64,000 nucleotides of DNA from an uncultured Clostridium sp. (GCA_945919455.1 CAMEJH010000001.1:20184-84183); one strand, 5' to 3'; counted from the first letter of the stretch, positions 46,892-57,423 are shown. Notes: generated by a model from the letters alone, not told the origin. Numbers and translations are program-made.

Positions 46892-48329
46892 AAATTACAT
46901 ATATAACTTGATATATCAAATGTTATTGATATTATTGCCATTAGTAACAACCCCATATTTATCAAGAGTATTAGGAGCTGAACCAATAGGAATATATGGT
47001 TACACAATATCAATAGTTACATATTTTATATTATTTGGAACTCTAGGTGTTGCAATGTATGGACAAAGAGAAATTGCATATATACAAGAAGATGAGGAAA
47101 AGAGAAGCAAAGCATTTTGGGAAATAATTATTATTAGAAGTATTACTCTAAGTATATCAATAATATTATTTTATTTAATATATGGAAGAACTGGAGAGTA
47201 TGCTTTATATTATAGAATATTAATAATACAGTTATTAGCAAATGTATTTGATATTAGTTGGTTTTTCCAGGGCTTAGAGGAATTTGATAAAACAGTTATA
47301 AGAAATCTAATAGTAAAACTATTAAGTTTAGTATTAATATTTACAACAGTAAGAGCACCAGAAGATTTGTGGAAATACTTTGCTATATACGTGGGAGCGG
47401 AGCTACTAGGAAATACTACTTTATGGCTATATTTGCCTAGATATTTAAAAAGAGTTTCAATAAAAAAATTAGAATTAAAAAAGCATGTAAAACCAATATT
47501 ATCGCTATTTATACCACAAATAGCAATTCAAATTTATACAGTTTTAGATAAAACAATGATAGGAAATATAACAAAAGATATGACAGAAGTGGGATATTAT
47601 GAGCAAGCACAAAAGATAGTAAAAGCAGCTTTAACGATTTTAACATCATTACAAACAGTAATGAATTCAAGAATAGCAAACGCACATGCAAACAAAAATG
47701 AAAAGGAAATAAAAGAATGTTTAAAAACATCATTCAATTTTTTATGGTTCTTATCTATACCAATGATGTTTGGAATAATTGCAGTAGTAACAAAATTTGT
47801 TCCATGGTATTATGGTGAAGGATTTGAAGGTGTTATTCCAATACTAATAGCAACATCACCAATATTGATAGTAATTGGAATTAGTGGAATTACAGGTTCT
47901 CAATACTTAGTACAAATTGGAAAACAAAAAGCATTTACTAAATCTGTAACGATAGGTGCAATAGTTAATATAATATTTAACTTTATATTAATAAGAAACT
48001 TTGGAGGAATAGGTGCTGCAATAGCCTCAGTAATTGCAGAAATAACTGTTTTAGGAGTTCAACTAAAATACTTTAAAGAGCAATTTTCATTATTAGAAAT
48101 TCTAAAATTATCAGTAAAATGCTTTATAAGTGGAATTATAATGTTCGCAGTTGTAAGAACAATCACATATTATATGCCTGTAAGTATAACAAATACAATA
48201 ATACAAGTTATTGTAGGTGTGATAGTTTATATAGGAATGTTAGTAATATTAAAATATCAATTTTTATATGATATATTTAATCAAGTAATTAGAGGAATAA
48301 AACAAAAAATATTGAAAGAAGAGGGATAA
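46872..48329 (+). CDS. wzx: Oligosaccharide-unit flippase (Wzx, MOP superfamily)
   Basis: NYIYNLIYQMLLILLPLVTTPYLSRVLGAEPIGIYGY N-terminus typical of polysaccharide biosynthesis (Wzx) proteins. About 12-14 TM segments. Confidence 0.8.
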   Translation: MKKSIAKNYIYNLIYQMLLILLPLVTTPYLSRVLGAEPIGIYGYTISIVTYFILFGTLGVAMYGQREIAYIQEDEEKRSKAFWEIIIIRSITLSISIILFYLIYGRTGEYALYYRILIIQLLANVFDISWFFQGLEEFDKTVIRNLIVKLLSLVLIFTTVRAPEDLWKYFAIYVGAELLGNTTLWLYLPRYLKRVSIKKLELKKHVKPILSLFIPQIAIQIYTVLDKTMIGNITKDMTEVGYYEQAQKIVKAALTILTSLQTVMNSRIANAHANKNEKEIKECLKTSFNFLWFLSIPMMFGIIAVVTKFVPWYYGEGFEGVIPILIATSPILIVIGISGITGSQYLVQIGKQKAFTKSVTIGAIVNIIFNFILIRNFGGIGAAIASVIAEITVLGVQLKYFKEQFSLLEILKLSVKCFISGIIMFAVVRTITYYMPVSITNTIIQVIVGVIVYIGMLVILKYQFLYDIFNQVIRGIKQKILKEEG

Positions 48330-48332
48330 TAG

Positions 48333-49739
48333 ATGAAATTATTACTATATAATTGGGTTCAATTTGACCAAAATGATGGAGGAGGAGTTACTGTATATTT
48401 AAACAATATAATTAATAAATTAGCTGAAAAAAAAGATGTAGAAGTATATTTCCTAAGTTCTGGAGTTAAATATAATTTATTAAGTAATAAGATCAAAATC
48501 AAGAAGACAAAAAATAAGTTAGGAGAAAATATAAAATCGTTTACTATATATAATTCACCAACTATGTTTGCAATTAATCAATTTAGTAGACCAGATATTT
48601 ATAATAATGATAAAGAATTAGCAAAAGTAATAGATAAATTTATAGAAGAACATAATGGATTTGATGTTATACATTTTAATAATTTAGAAGGATTATCAGT
48701 AGAAGTGCTAAAACTAAAAGAAAAATACAAAGATACTAAATTTATTTATTCAATGCATAACTATTATCCAGTTTGTCCTAATGTTTATCTTTGGAAACAT
48801 AACAAAGAAAATTGTAAAGACTTCTGCGATGGAAAAGCTTGTTGTAATTGCATTACAAGTAATTATGATAAAGCAAGACAAATGCAAAAGATAAAGACAT
48901 TAGTAGAAAAATTAGGTGTAAATTTAAACTCACCAAAAGTAAAAAAATATTATAATAAAATAAGTAAATCTAAAAATCGATCTACAAATATTGTAGAGAC
49001 AAAAGATTTTAGTTTAGCAAGTGACTACAAAAAGTTTAGAGAGAAAAATGTCGAATATATCAACAAATATGTAGATAATGTATTATGTGTATCAAAAAGA
49101 GTAAAAGAAATAGCAATTAGAATGGGAATAAAAGAAGAAAAATGTAGTGTATCTTACATAGGAACTAAATTTGCAGATAATTTAAAAAGACAAGAAATTG
49201 ATATAAATAGTAAAGAATTTAATTTAATATATTTAGGGTATATGAATGTAATGAAAGGATTTAATTTTTTAATTAATTCTTTAATGCAAATGGATAACAA
49301 AATATCTGCAAACATTAATTTAACATTAGTATGTCGTAATAATATAGAATATAATATTGAAGAAATAAAACAAAAGTTAGAACAAAAATTTAAAACTGTT
49401 AAATATGTTGATGGATATACACATGATAATTTAAAAGAATTATTAGCTAATCAGCATTTAGGAATAATACCAGTAGTGTGGGAAGACAACTTACCACAAG
49501 TATCAATTGAGGTAACATCTTTTGGAGTGCCAATTTTATGTAGTAACTTAGGTGGAGCGAGTGAACTATGTGATGATGAAGATTTTAAATTTGAAGGAAG
49601 TAATACAAAAGATTTTTTACAAAAATTAACTACAATTGTAGAAAATAGAAAAAAGTTATTAGAATTCTGGGATAATTACAATAAACCTACAACAATGGAA
49701 AATCATTTAAAAGAATTGTTTAAATATTATGGAATATAA
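48333..49739 (+). CDS. Glycosyltransferase, GT4-like (GT-B fold) with a Cys-rich insert
   Basis: WEDNLPQVSIEVTSFGVPILCSNLGGASE (E-x7-E type). Insert CPNVYLWKHNKENCKDFCDGKACCNC. Confidence 0.7.
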   Translation: MKLLLYNWVQFDQNDGGGVTVYLNNIINKLAEKKDVEVYFLSSGVKYNLLSNKIKIKKTKNKLGENIKSFTIYNSPTMFAINQFSRPDIYNNDKELAKVIDKFIEEHNGFDVIHFNNLEGLSVEVLKLKEKYKDTKFIYSMHNYYPVCPNVYLWKHNKENCKDFCDGKACCNCITSNYDKARQMQKIKTLVEKLGVNLNSPKVKKYYNKISKSKNRSTNIVETKDFSLASDYKKFREKNVEYINKYVDNVLCVSKRVKEIAIRMGIKEEKCSVSYIGTKFADNLKRQEIDINSKEFNLIYLGYMNVMKGFNFLINSLMQMDNKISANINLTLVCRNNIEYNIEEIKQKLEQKFKTVKYVDGYTHDNLKELLANQHLGIIPVVWEDNLPQVSIEVTSFGVPILCSNLGGASELCDDEDFKFEGSNTKDFLQKLTTIVENRKKLLEFWDNYNKPTTMENHLKELFKYYGI

Positions 49740-49753
49740 GGAAGGTAGAGAAA

Positions 49754-50857
49754 ATGAAAAAATATGATTATTTAATAGTTGGAGCAGGATTATATGGAGC
49801 AACATTTGCATATGAAATGAGCAAAACTGGTAAAAAATGCTTAGTAATAGATAGAAGAAATCATATAGGAGGAAATATTTATTGTGAAAAAATAAATAAT
49901 ATAAATGTACATAAATATGGTGCACATATTTTCCATACAAGTGATAAAGAAATATGGGACTATGTAAATCAATTTGTAGAATTTAATAATTATATAAATT
50001 CACCAATAGCAAATTATAAAGGAGAAATTTATAATTTACCATTTAATATGAATACATTTTCTAAGTTATGGGGAGTTGTAACTCCAAAAGAAGCTCAAGA
50101 AAAAATTGAAGAACAAAAAGCAGAATATAATATTACAGAACCTAAAAATTTAGAAGAACAAGCAATATCTTTAGTAGGAAAAGATATTTATTTAAAATTG
50201 GTAAAAGAATATACAGAAAAACAATGGGGAAGAGATTGTAAGGAGTTACCTGCATTTATAATAAAAAGACTACCTGTAAGATTTACATATGATAATAATT
50301 ACTTTAATGATAGATATCAAGGAATTCCTATTGGAGGATATAATGTCATAATTGAAAAGATGCTTGCTAATTCAGATGTTGAACTTGGAGTAGACTACTT
50401 AAAAAATAAAGAAAAATATAATGGACTAGCAGACAAGATATTATACACAGGAATGATAGATGAATATTTTGATTATAAATATGGAAATCTTGAATGGCGT
50501 TCATTAAAATTTGAAAATGAAATATTAGAAGATGAAGACAATTATCAAGGAAATGCTGTTGTAAATTATACAAGCCATGACCAAAAATATACAAGAATAA
50601 TTGAACACAAACATTTTGAATTCAATAAATGTAAGGGAACAGTTATAACAAAAGAGTATCCTATGAATTGGAAACTTGGAGATGAAGCATATTATCCAGT
50701 AAATGATGACAAAAATAATGAATTATTTGAAAAATATAAAGAACTAGCAGACAAAGAAACAAATGTAATATTTGGAGGTAGACTAGGAAATTACAAATAT
50801 TACGATATGGATAAAGTAATAAAAGCAGCATTAGAAAAAATAAAAGAAATTTTATAA
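49754..50857 (+). CDS. glf: UDP-galactopyranose mutase
   Basis: YDYLIVGAGLYGATFAYE..VIDRRNHIGGN FAD-binding N-terminus, and ..GRLGNYKYYDMDKVI at the C-terminus. Typical 367 aa length. Confidence 0.92.
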   Translation: MKKYDYLIVGAGLYGATFAYEMSKTGKKCLVIDRRNHIGGNIYCEKINNINVHKYGAHIFHTSDKEIWDYVNQFVEFNNYINSPIANYKGEIYNLPFNMNTFSKLWGVVTPKEAQEKIEEQKAEYNITEPKNLEEQAISLVGKDIYLKLVKEYTEKQWGRDCKELPAFIIKRLPVRFTYDNNYFNDRYQGIPIGGYNVIIEKMLANSDVELGVDYLKNKEKYNGLADKILYTGMIDEYFDYKYGNLEWRSLKFENEILEDEDNYQGNAVVNYTSHDQKYTRIIEHKHFEFNKCKGTVITKEYPMNWKLGDEAYYPVNDDKNNELFEKYKELADKETNVIFGGRLGNYKYYDMDKVIKAALEKIKEIL

Positions 50858-50918
50858 AATAGAAACTTTTTTAATAATTAAATTGTCTAACAAATAGATA
50901 GAACAAAGGGTGAAAATT

Positions 50919-52772
50919 ATGATAATAATAAAAAGTATAATGTTTATAATAAGCATTATATTTATTATATATAGATATGGAATAATTATAAATAAAATTA
51001 CTAAAAATCATAAATTAGAAAATACTTTTATATTTGGACTTATATTATGGCTATCAGTTAATCAACTCATATTAACTCCATGTACATTAATACATACATC
51101 ATTTAGAAATTGTTTAATTGCAATAATTTTAATAACAATAGTTTTATTAGCCATATCTTTTGGAATTACAATGAAAAAATCAAAAGATAAAACAAACAGA
51201 CTAAATAATATCAAGTCAAAATATTTGAAAATGCCAAAAGTAGAAAAATGCATAACTATTATAATGGTAATTTTGATTACATTTCAAGTAATATCTACAA
51301 CTGTGCTATTTAGAGAAAATGCAGATGATTCATATTATGTGGGACTAACTACATCTAGTATAGATAATGATAATGTTTATATGGAAGAACCTAGTACAGG
51401 CTATAAAAGTGAAGAACATACTATGTTATTGCCAACAGAGCAAATACCAACATATGAGCTTAATATAGCAATATTATCAAAGATATTTAATATAGAGCCA
51501 ACAATTATTTATCACACGTTATTACCAATTATTTTTATTGTTATTGCATATATGTCATATTATTATTTTGCAAGAAGTTTTTTAGACAAAAAAAATGCAA
51601 AGATATTTATAATATTTATATCAATAATATTTATGTTTGCAGGATTTACCACTAAATTTAGAACAGGATGTTTATTATGTAAAATGTGGCAAGGAAAAGC
51701 CGTATTTTTAAATATAGTTTTAAATATTATATTAGCATCACTAATTAGAATGGATAAAAAAGTAAAGAAGTCAGATGTAATAATATTAACATTAGCAAAT
51801 TTAAGCGCAACACATTTGACTTCTACGGCAATATTTTTGATAACATTTGTGTACATATCATTTGGAATATTAAAATTAATAAAACTAAAAATAAAAGATA
51901 TAGCATATTTATTTGTAACATTTATACCAATTTTTGTGTATGTAGTAATATTAATAGTTTTAATGAAAACACATTTTACAAAGGTAGTATTACCACAAAA
52001 TCCTGTAAATACATTTAACTGTTTTAGATTATATGGAAATGATACATATTTAATTTATTACTTTATTGCATTATTTTTTATTATATTATTTGGAAATAAA
52101 AGAGCAAAAAGGTATTTTATTATAATACAAATTTTAAACTTATTTACAATATGGAATCCTTTATTTTCTGATTTTATATCAAAATACTTAACTAGTTCAG
52201 ACACATATTGGAGAGTATTTTGGCTATTACCATTAGAAAGTACAATTGCTTATGCTATTACTATACTTATAGCAAGAAGTAAAAATGTGAAAGTAAAGTT
52301 ACTAGTAATTATATTAAGCATAATTGCAATAATCTTACCAGGCAAATATGTATATACAACTAAAATATCTGAAAACTTAGAAAAGATACCACAATATATA
52401 ATAGATCAAACTAATTATATTTTAGAGCAAGATAAAGATTCTGAAAAAATAGTAGTATTAACACCTCCAGGAGTGTTACATAGTTGCATGATGAGACAAT
52501 TATCTTCAAAAATACAGTTAATATATTCTAGAACTTCATATGTTGGAAAAATAGATAATGTCGAAGAACGAGAAGATAGGCTAAAAATGGAGGAGGTTTG
52601 CTATTCGGAGACTCATAATTATCCAATAGAAGATTTTAATAAACTATTAGAAAAATATAAAGTTAATTGGGTGATTGTAAGTTCAGAAGACCAAGGAACA
52701 ATAGAATATATGGAAAAATCTATTATGAACAAAAACATAGAAATGGGAGGATATGTACTTTATAATAGGTAA
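50919..52772 (+). CDS. Large polytopic membrane protein (possible polymerase/GT-C-like)
   Basis: ATG 50919 lies 8 nt after AAAGGG (the track uses GTG 50910). More than 10 hydrophobic segments plus a soluble C-terminal ~150 aa. No signature I can name. Confidence 0.4.
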   Translation: MIIIKSIMFIISIIFIIYRYGIIINKITKNHKLENTFIFGLILWLSVNQLILTPCTLIHTSFRNCLIAIILITIVLLAISFGITMKKSKDKTNRLNNIKSKYLKMPKVEKCITIIMVILITFQVISTTVLFRENADDSYYVGLTTSSIDNDNVYMEEPSTGYKSEEHTMLLPTEQIPTYELNIAILSKIFNIEPTIIYHTLLPIIFIVIAYMSYYYFARSFLDKKNAKIFIIFISIIFMFAGFTTKFRTGCLLCKMWQGKAVFLNIVLNIILASLIRMDKKVKKSDVIILTLANLSATHLTSTAIFLITFVYISFGILKLIKLKIKDIAYLFVTFIPIFVYVVILIVLMKTHFTKVVLPQNPVNTFNCFRLYGNDTYLIYYFIALFFIILFGNKRAKRYFIIIQILNLFTIWNPLFSDFISKYLTSSDTYWRVFWLLPLESTIAYAITILIARSKNVKVKLLVIILSIIAIILPGKYVYTTKISENLEKIPQYIIDQTNYILEQDKDSEKIVVLTPPGVLHSCMMRQLSSKIQLIYSRTSYVGKIDNVEEREDRLKMEEVCYSETHNYPIEDFNKLLEKYKVNWVIVSSEDQGTIEYMEKSIMNKNIEMGGYVLYNR

Positions 52773-52955
52773 TATGTTTCTTATTCAAATAGCAATATAT
52801 TTGTATTTGAATAGATCTTATTAATATCATACTAAATAGAAATGGTAATATTATGTAAATAATATAAAATAATTGTGAAAATTTATGAGATATGTTATTA
52901 TTAATTATGAAGCAAAAGTAAAAAAATATTTGCTTTAGAGGAGGAATTATATAAA

Positions 52956-54812
52956 ATGAAAAAACTAAAAATTATTTTAAGTACAATCCTAGTATTAATG
53001 TTTTGTGTTTTTGTAGGACAAGTATATGCAGAAGAAAACATAGATGTAATAGAAGCACAAAATACTCCAATAGCAGAGGTTGAGGTAAAATACGAATATA
53101 AAGAAGAAACAAATACAGTAATAGTAACTATGATATCAGATATAGAATTACAAGATACAAAAATATTATGGAAATTAAGTGAAGACAAAAAACAATATAC
53201 ATTTGAATTTTCAGATAATACAACATATACTACAAATGTAGTAGACATATATGGAAATATTATACCAGTACATATAAATGTAACAGATGTAGTTAATAAA
53301 ATTGCAAATGTTGAAGTAAAATATAAATATCAAAAAGATACAAATACAGTAATAGTAACAATGATATCAGATATAGAATTACAAGATACAAAAATATCAT
53401 GGAAATTAAGTGAAGACAAAAAACAATATACATTTGAATTTTCAGATAATACAACATATACTACAAATGTAGTAGACATATATGGAAATATTATACCAGT
53501 ACATATAAATGTAACAGATGTAGTTAATAAAATTGCAAATGTTGAAGTAAAATATAAATATCAAAAAGATACAAATACAGTAATAGCAACAATTATATCA
53601 AATATGGAGTTACAAAATACAAAAGTATCATGGAAATTAAGCGAAAATAAAAAACAATATACATTTGAATTTTCAAATAATACAAAATATACAACAAATG
53701 TAGTAGATAGGTTTGGAAATGTAATACCAGTATTAATAGACATAAACAAAATAGATGAAAGTCCAGCAAAAGTTAAAGTAGAATATGAATATAAAGAAGA
53801 TACAAATACAGTAATAGCAACAATGGTGTCAAATAGAGAGCTACAAAATACAAAAGTATCATGGAAATTGAGTGATGATAAAAAACAATACACATTTGAA
53901 TTTACAAATAATACAAAATATACAACAAATGTAGTAGACAGATTTGGAAATATAATACCAGTAGAGATAAATGTAGTAAAAGTAGATGATCAAGGACCAG
54001 AAATAAGTATAAAATATGAATATAGCGAAGATAAAACTCAATGCACTGTAAGAGTAATTTCAAACGAAGAATTAAAACCAAAAATTTCACCAGAATGGGT
54101 TTTAAGTGAGGATAAAAAAGAACTTACAATTATTTTTAAAAATAATCAAAATTATGACACTGTTTTTTATGATAAATATGGAAATGGAACAAGAGCACAT
54201 ATGGATGTATTTTTTAATATTACAGGAATTGATGTATCAAAACATAATGGAAAGATAGATTGGCAAAAGGTAAAAAATGCAGGAATTGAATTTGCAATAA
54301 TAAGAGTAGGATACGGACAAGATATTAGTTCGCAAGATGATGCAATGTTTGAATATAATATTAGTGAATGTGAAAGATTAGGAATTCCATATGGAGTTTA
54401 TTTGTATTCATATGCATTAAATACGGAAAATGCCTCATCAGAAGCAGACCATATGCTAAGATTAATAAAAGGTCACAATCCTAAATATGGTATATGGATT
54501 GATCTAGAAGATGATAGTTATAAAGTAAACAATGGTATGCCAAGTAATGAAACATTTGTTGAAATAGCAGTAACATTTTGTGAAAAAATGATACAAAATG
54601 GATACAAAGATGTAGGAATTTATGCGAATTTAGAATGGTGGAATAATAGAATTAATAGCCCTAAATTAGATAAATACGATAAATGGGTTGCACAATGGAA
54701 TGACAAATGTACATATCAAAAAGAATATGTTATGTGGCAATATACATCAAAAGGACAAGTTGATGGAATTTCTGGAAATGTTGATATGAATAAATATTAT
54801 AGAAATAAATAG
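52956..54812 (+). CDS. Secreted GH25 muramidase (lysozyme) with five N-terminal 77-aa repeat modules
   Basis: GGAGG RBS. Signal peptide MKKLKIILSTILVLMFCVFVGQVYA. Five tandem modules. C-terminal GH25 signature GIDVSKHNGKIDWQKVKNAGIEFAIIRVGYG..MWQYTSKGQVDGISGNVDMN. Confidence 0.85.
   Translation: MKKLKIILSTILVLMFCVFVGQVYAEENIDVIEAQNTPIAEVEVKYEYKEETNTVIVTMISDIELQDTKILWKLSEDKKQYTFEFSDNTTYTTNVVDIYGNIIPVHINVTDVVNKIANVEVKYKYQKDTNTVIVTMISDIELQDTKISWKLSEDKKQYTFEFSDNTTYTTNVVDIYGNIIPVHINVTDVVNKIANVEVKYKYQKDTNTVIATIISNMELQNTKVSWKLSENKKQYTFEFSNNTKYTTNVVDRFGNVIPVLIDINKIDESPAKVKVEYEYKEDTNTVIATMVSNRELQNTKVSWKLSDDKKQYTFEFTNNTKYTTNVVDRFGNIIPVEINVVKVDDQGPEISIKYEYSEDKTQCTVRVISNEELKPKISPEWVLSEDKKELTIIFKNNQNYDTVFYDKYGNGTRAHMDVFFNITGIDVSKHNGKIDWQKVKNAGIEFAIIRVGYGQDISSQDDAMFEYNISECERLGIPYGVYLYSYALNTENASSEADHMLRLIKGHNPKYGIWIDLEDDSYKVNNGMPSNETFVEIAVTFCEKMIQNGYKDVGIYANLEWWNNRINSPKLDKYDKWVAQWNDKCTYQKEYVMWQYTSKGQVDGISGNVDMNKYYRNK
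53079..54233 (+). repeat. Five tandem 231-nt (77-aa) coding repeats
   Basis: Units start at 53079, 53310, 53541, 53772 and 54003 (VEVKY.Y..DTNTVI.T..S..ELQ.TK.SWKLS.DKKQYTFEF..NT.YTTNVVD..GN.IPV.I). Positions 53168-53355 are letter-for-letter identical to 53399-53586. Confidence 0.9.
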
Positions 54813-54820
54813 GAGAAAAC

Positions 54821-57361
54821 ATGAAAAGATTAATTAAAGTAGTAATTGCTCTTATTTTATCATTACTTTTCTTAGGAGTTAATATATCAAATGCAACAGA
54901 TGATAAAATGGAACAAACAATAGTAGAAGTTTCATATAAATACAAAGAAGATACAAATACAGTAATAGCAACAATAAAATCAAATAATGAACTAAAAAAT
55001 ACAAAAAAAACATGGAAGCTAAGTGAAGATAAAAAACAATATACATTTGAATTTGGAGATAATACAACATATATGTCTAGTGTAGTAGACAAATTTGGAA
55101 ACACAATACCAGTCTTGATAAATGTAACACAAATAGATGAAAGCCCAGCAAAAATAAAAGTTTCATATGACTATAATAAAGATACAAATACAGTTATGAC
55201 AACAATGACATCAAATAGAGAATTACAAAATACAAAAGTATCATGGAAATTAAGTGAAGACAAAAAACAATATACATTTGAATTTGGAGATAATACTAAA
55301 TATGTTACAAATGTAGTAGATAGATTTGGAAATGTAATTCCAGTATTAATAAATGTAACTGATGTAGACGTAACTCCTGCAAAAGTAATAGTATCATATA
55401 AGTACAAAGAAGACACAAATACGGTAATAGCAACAATGACATCAAATAGAGAATTGCAGAATACAAAAATTTCATGGAAACTAAGTGAAGATAAAAAGCA
55501 ATATATATTTGAATTTGGAGATAATACCAAATATACTACAAGTGTAGTAGATAGATTTGGAAATGTAATTCCAGTATTAATAAATGTAACTGATGTAGAT
55601 GAAACACCAACAAAAGTAGAAGTATCATATGAATATAAGTCAGAAACAAATACAGTAATAGCAACAATGATAGCAAGTAGAGAACTACGAGATACAAAAG
55701 TATCATGGAAATTAAGTGAAGATAAGAAAAAATATACATTTGAATTTGGAAATAATACAACATATATGTCAAGTGTAGTAGACAAATTTGGAAAAACAAT
55801 ACCAGTCTTGATAAATGTAACACAAATAGATGATAAAGGTCCTAAAATAGAAATAGAATATAAATACAGTGAAAATGCAGTTACTTTACTTCTACATTCA
55901 AATGAAAAAATGGTTGATACTAATACAGATTGGAGTTTAAGTGATGATGGATTAATATATGAGAAAACTTTTTATGAGGATCAAGACTATATTTTACAAG
56001 TAAAAGATGTTTATGGAAATAAAACAAACGTAGAAATTTACATAGATTACTTTTTTGAGATAATAACAGAAAAAGGAACATATGGTGTAAGTGGAGCTAA
56101 AGTTAATGGTGTAAATGGAGGCTCAGATTTAGAGTATTATAGATTTGGTAGTGGAGAAAATGTATTGTTTGCAACATTTTGTGTACATGGATATGAAGAT
56201 TCTTGGGATAGAGATGGAGAAGTTTTAGTCAATATTGCGAATGATTTTTATAATAAGTTAATTAAAGATCAGGACAAGAGGTTAGCAAAAAATTGGACAA
56301 TATATATTCTTAAAGAAGTAAATCCTGACGGAAGAAGATTAGGATATACAAATTATGGACCAGGAAGAACAACTTTATATAGTAAAGTTGGAAAAGGAAT
56401 AGATTTAAATAGATCTTGGCAAACAAGCAGTGAATATAAAATTTATACAAGTAATAGAAATTATAATGGAACTGAAGGATTTCAAGCATATGAAGCAGAG
56501 TATTTAAGAGATTTTTTATTAAGTCATAAATCTCAAAATGGAAAAACCGTTTTAGTAGACTTACATGGATGGGAAAATCAATTAATAGGTGATGAAGAAA
56601 TCTGTAAATACTATAAAGAACAATACACAAGTTGTAGAACAACTAATTATGGAAAATATGGAACTCAATATATGATAACATGGGGAAGAGAAATATTAGG
56701 GGCTAAAGTAGCATTAGTTGAACTACCATTAGCAGCTAATCAAGCAGAAGTTAATAGCATGGGATTATCAGAAAAATACATTGATGCGACATTAGAAATG
56801 TTAAAAAATGAAAAAACTAGTATTAATACTAAAAAGTTAGCTAAAAAAACTTTATCATTATATGATAATTCAAGTATTAATTATAAAATTGCATTTTCAG
56901 GTATGATAAATGGTGCAAAACCAAGTTATGAGGAAATAGATTTTATATACAACGATAATAAGCTAAATAAAAATGGAATATGGATAAATCCTAATGATAA
57001 AGAAAAAATATTGAAATTTTTAAATAACTGTTCAGAATTAAATAATAAATATTATATTGATGAAAATAATTATCTAAATATAAATAAAAATACAAATGCT
57101 ACTGAAAAAGACAACAAGATAGAAAAATTAATAAATGGAGAGAAAAAATATCTATTTAATATATCAAGTATATGTTATATGCTAGACACAGTTACAGGTC
57201 AAATAGTAGATAATCCATATAATGAATTAGATAGATATCAAACTTATGAGTATTTTAAGAATGAAGATGAAATGCTAATATTTATTACAGAGAATGAACA
57301 AAAAATATATACAGACATTGAAATTTTTAATAGTATTATGTATTTATTAGATATAGTTTAA
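54821..57361 (+). CDS. Secreted M14-family zinc carboxypeptidase-like peptidoglycan hydrolase with five copies of the same 77-aa module
   Basis: Signal peptide MKRLIKVVIALILSLLFLGVNISNA. Five modules homologous to those of the preceding gene. M14 motifs VHGYEDS (HxxE), NPDGRR, DLNRSW and VDLHGW. Long Asn/Lys-rich C-terminal region. Confidence 0.75.
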   Translation: MKRLIKVVIALILSLLFLGVNISNATDDKMEQTIVEVSYKYKEDTNTVIATIKSNNELKNTKKTWKLSEDKKQYTFEFGDNTTYMSSVVDKFGNTIPVLINVTQIDESPAKIKVSYDYNKDTNTVMTTMTSNRELQNTKVSWKLSEDKKQYTFEFGDNTKYVTNVVDRFGNVIPVLINVTDVDVTPAKVIVSYKYKEDTNTVIATMTSNRELQNTKISWKLSEDKKQYIFEFGDNTKYTTSVVDRFGNVIPVLINVTDVDETPTKVEVSYEYKSETNTVIATMIASRELRDTKVSWKLSEDKKKYTFEFGNNTTYMSSVVDKFGKTIPVLINVTQIDDKGPKIEIEYKYSENAVTLLLHSNEKMVDTNTDWSLSDDGLIYEKTFYEDQDYILQVKDVYGNKTNVEIYIDYFFEIITEKGTYGVSGAKVNGVNGGSDLEYYRFGSGENVLFATFCVHGYEDSWDRDGEVLVNIANDFYNKLIKDQDKRLAKNWTIYILKEVNPDGRRLGYTNYGPGRTTLYSKVGKGIDLNRSWQTSSEYKIYTSNRNYNGTEGFQAYEAEYLRDFLLSHKSQNGKTVLVDLHGWENQLIGDEEICKYYKEQYTSCRTTNYGKYGTQYMITWGREILGAKVALVELPLAANQAEVNSMGLSEKYIDATLEMLKNEKTSINTKKLAKKTLSLYDNSSINYKIAFSGMINGAKPSYEEIDFIYNDNKLNKNGIWINPNDKEKILKFLNNCSELNNKYYIDENNYLNINKNTNATEKDNKIEKLINGEKKYLFNISSICYMLDTVTGQIVDNPYNELDRYQTYEYFKNEDEMLIFITENEQKIYTDIEIFNSIMYLLDIV
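54923..56077 (+). repeat. Five tandem 231-nt (77-aa) coding repeats, same family as 53079-54233
   Basis: VEVSYKYKEDTNTVIAT..ELKNTKKTWKLSEDKKQYTFEFGDNTTYMSSVVDKFGNTIPVLINV and four further units; the last is divergent. Confidence 0.85.
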
Positions 57362-57365
57362 TAAA

Positions 57366-57423
57366 ATAAAGATAGACTTTAAATTTTGAAAAAAATAAAT
57401 TTAAAGGCTATCTTTATTTATTT
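57366..57423 (+). terminator. Rho-independent terminator after the hydrolase pair
   Basis: ataaagatagactttaaattt (57366-57386) pairs with aaatttaaaggctatctttat (57397-57417) at 20 of 21 bp, followed by a T-rich run. Confidence 0.7.

Noticed and set aside
55171-55785. 204-aa minus-strand ORF (and similar ones at 52901-53248, 53561-53893, 54730-55104) antisense to the 77-aa repeat arrays
   Set aside because: They are repeat-generated open frames on the opposite strand and reiterate with the same 231-nt period. They have no RBS. The sense-strand proteins have signal peptides and recognisable catalytic domains.
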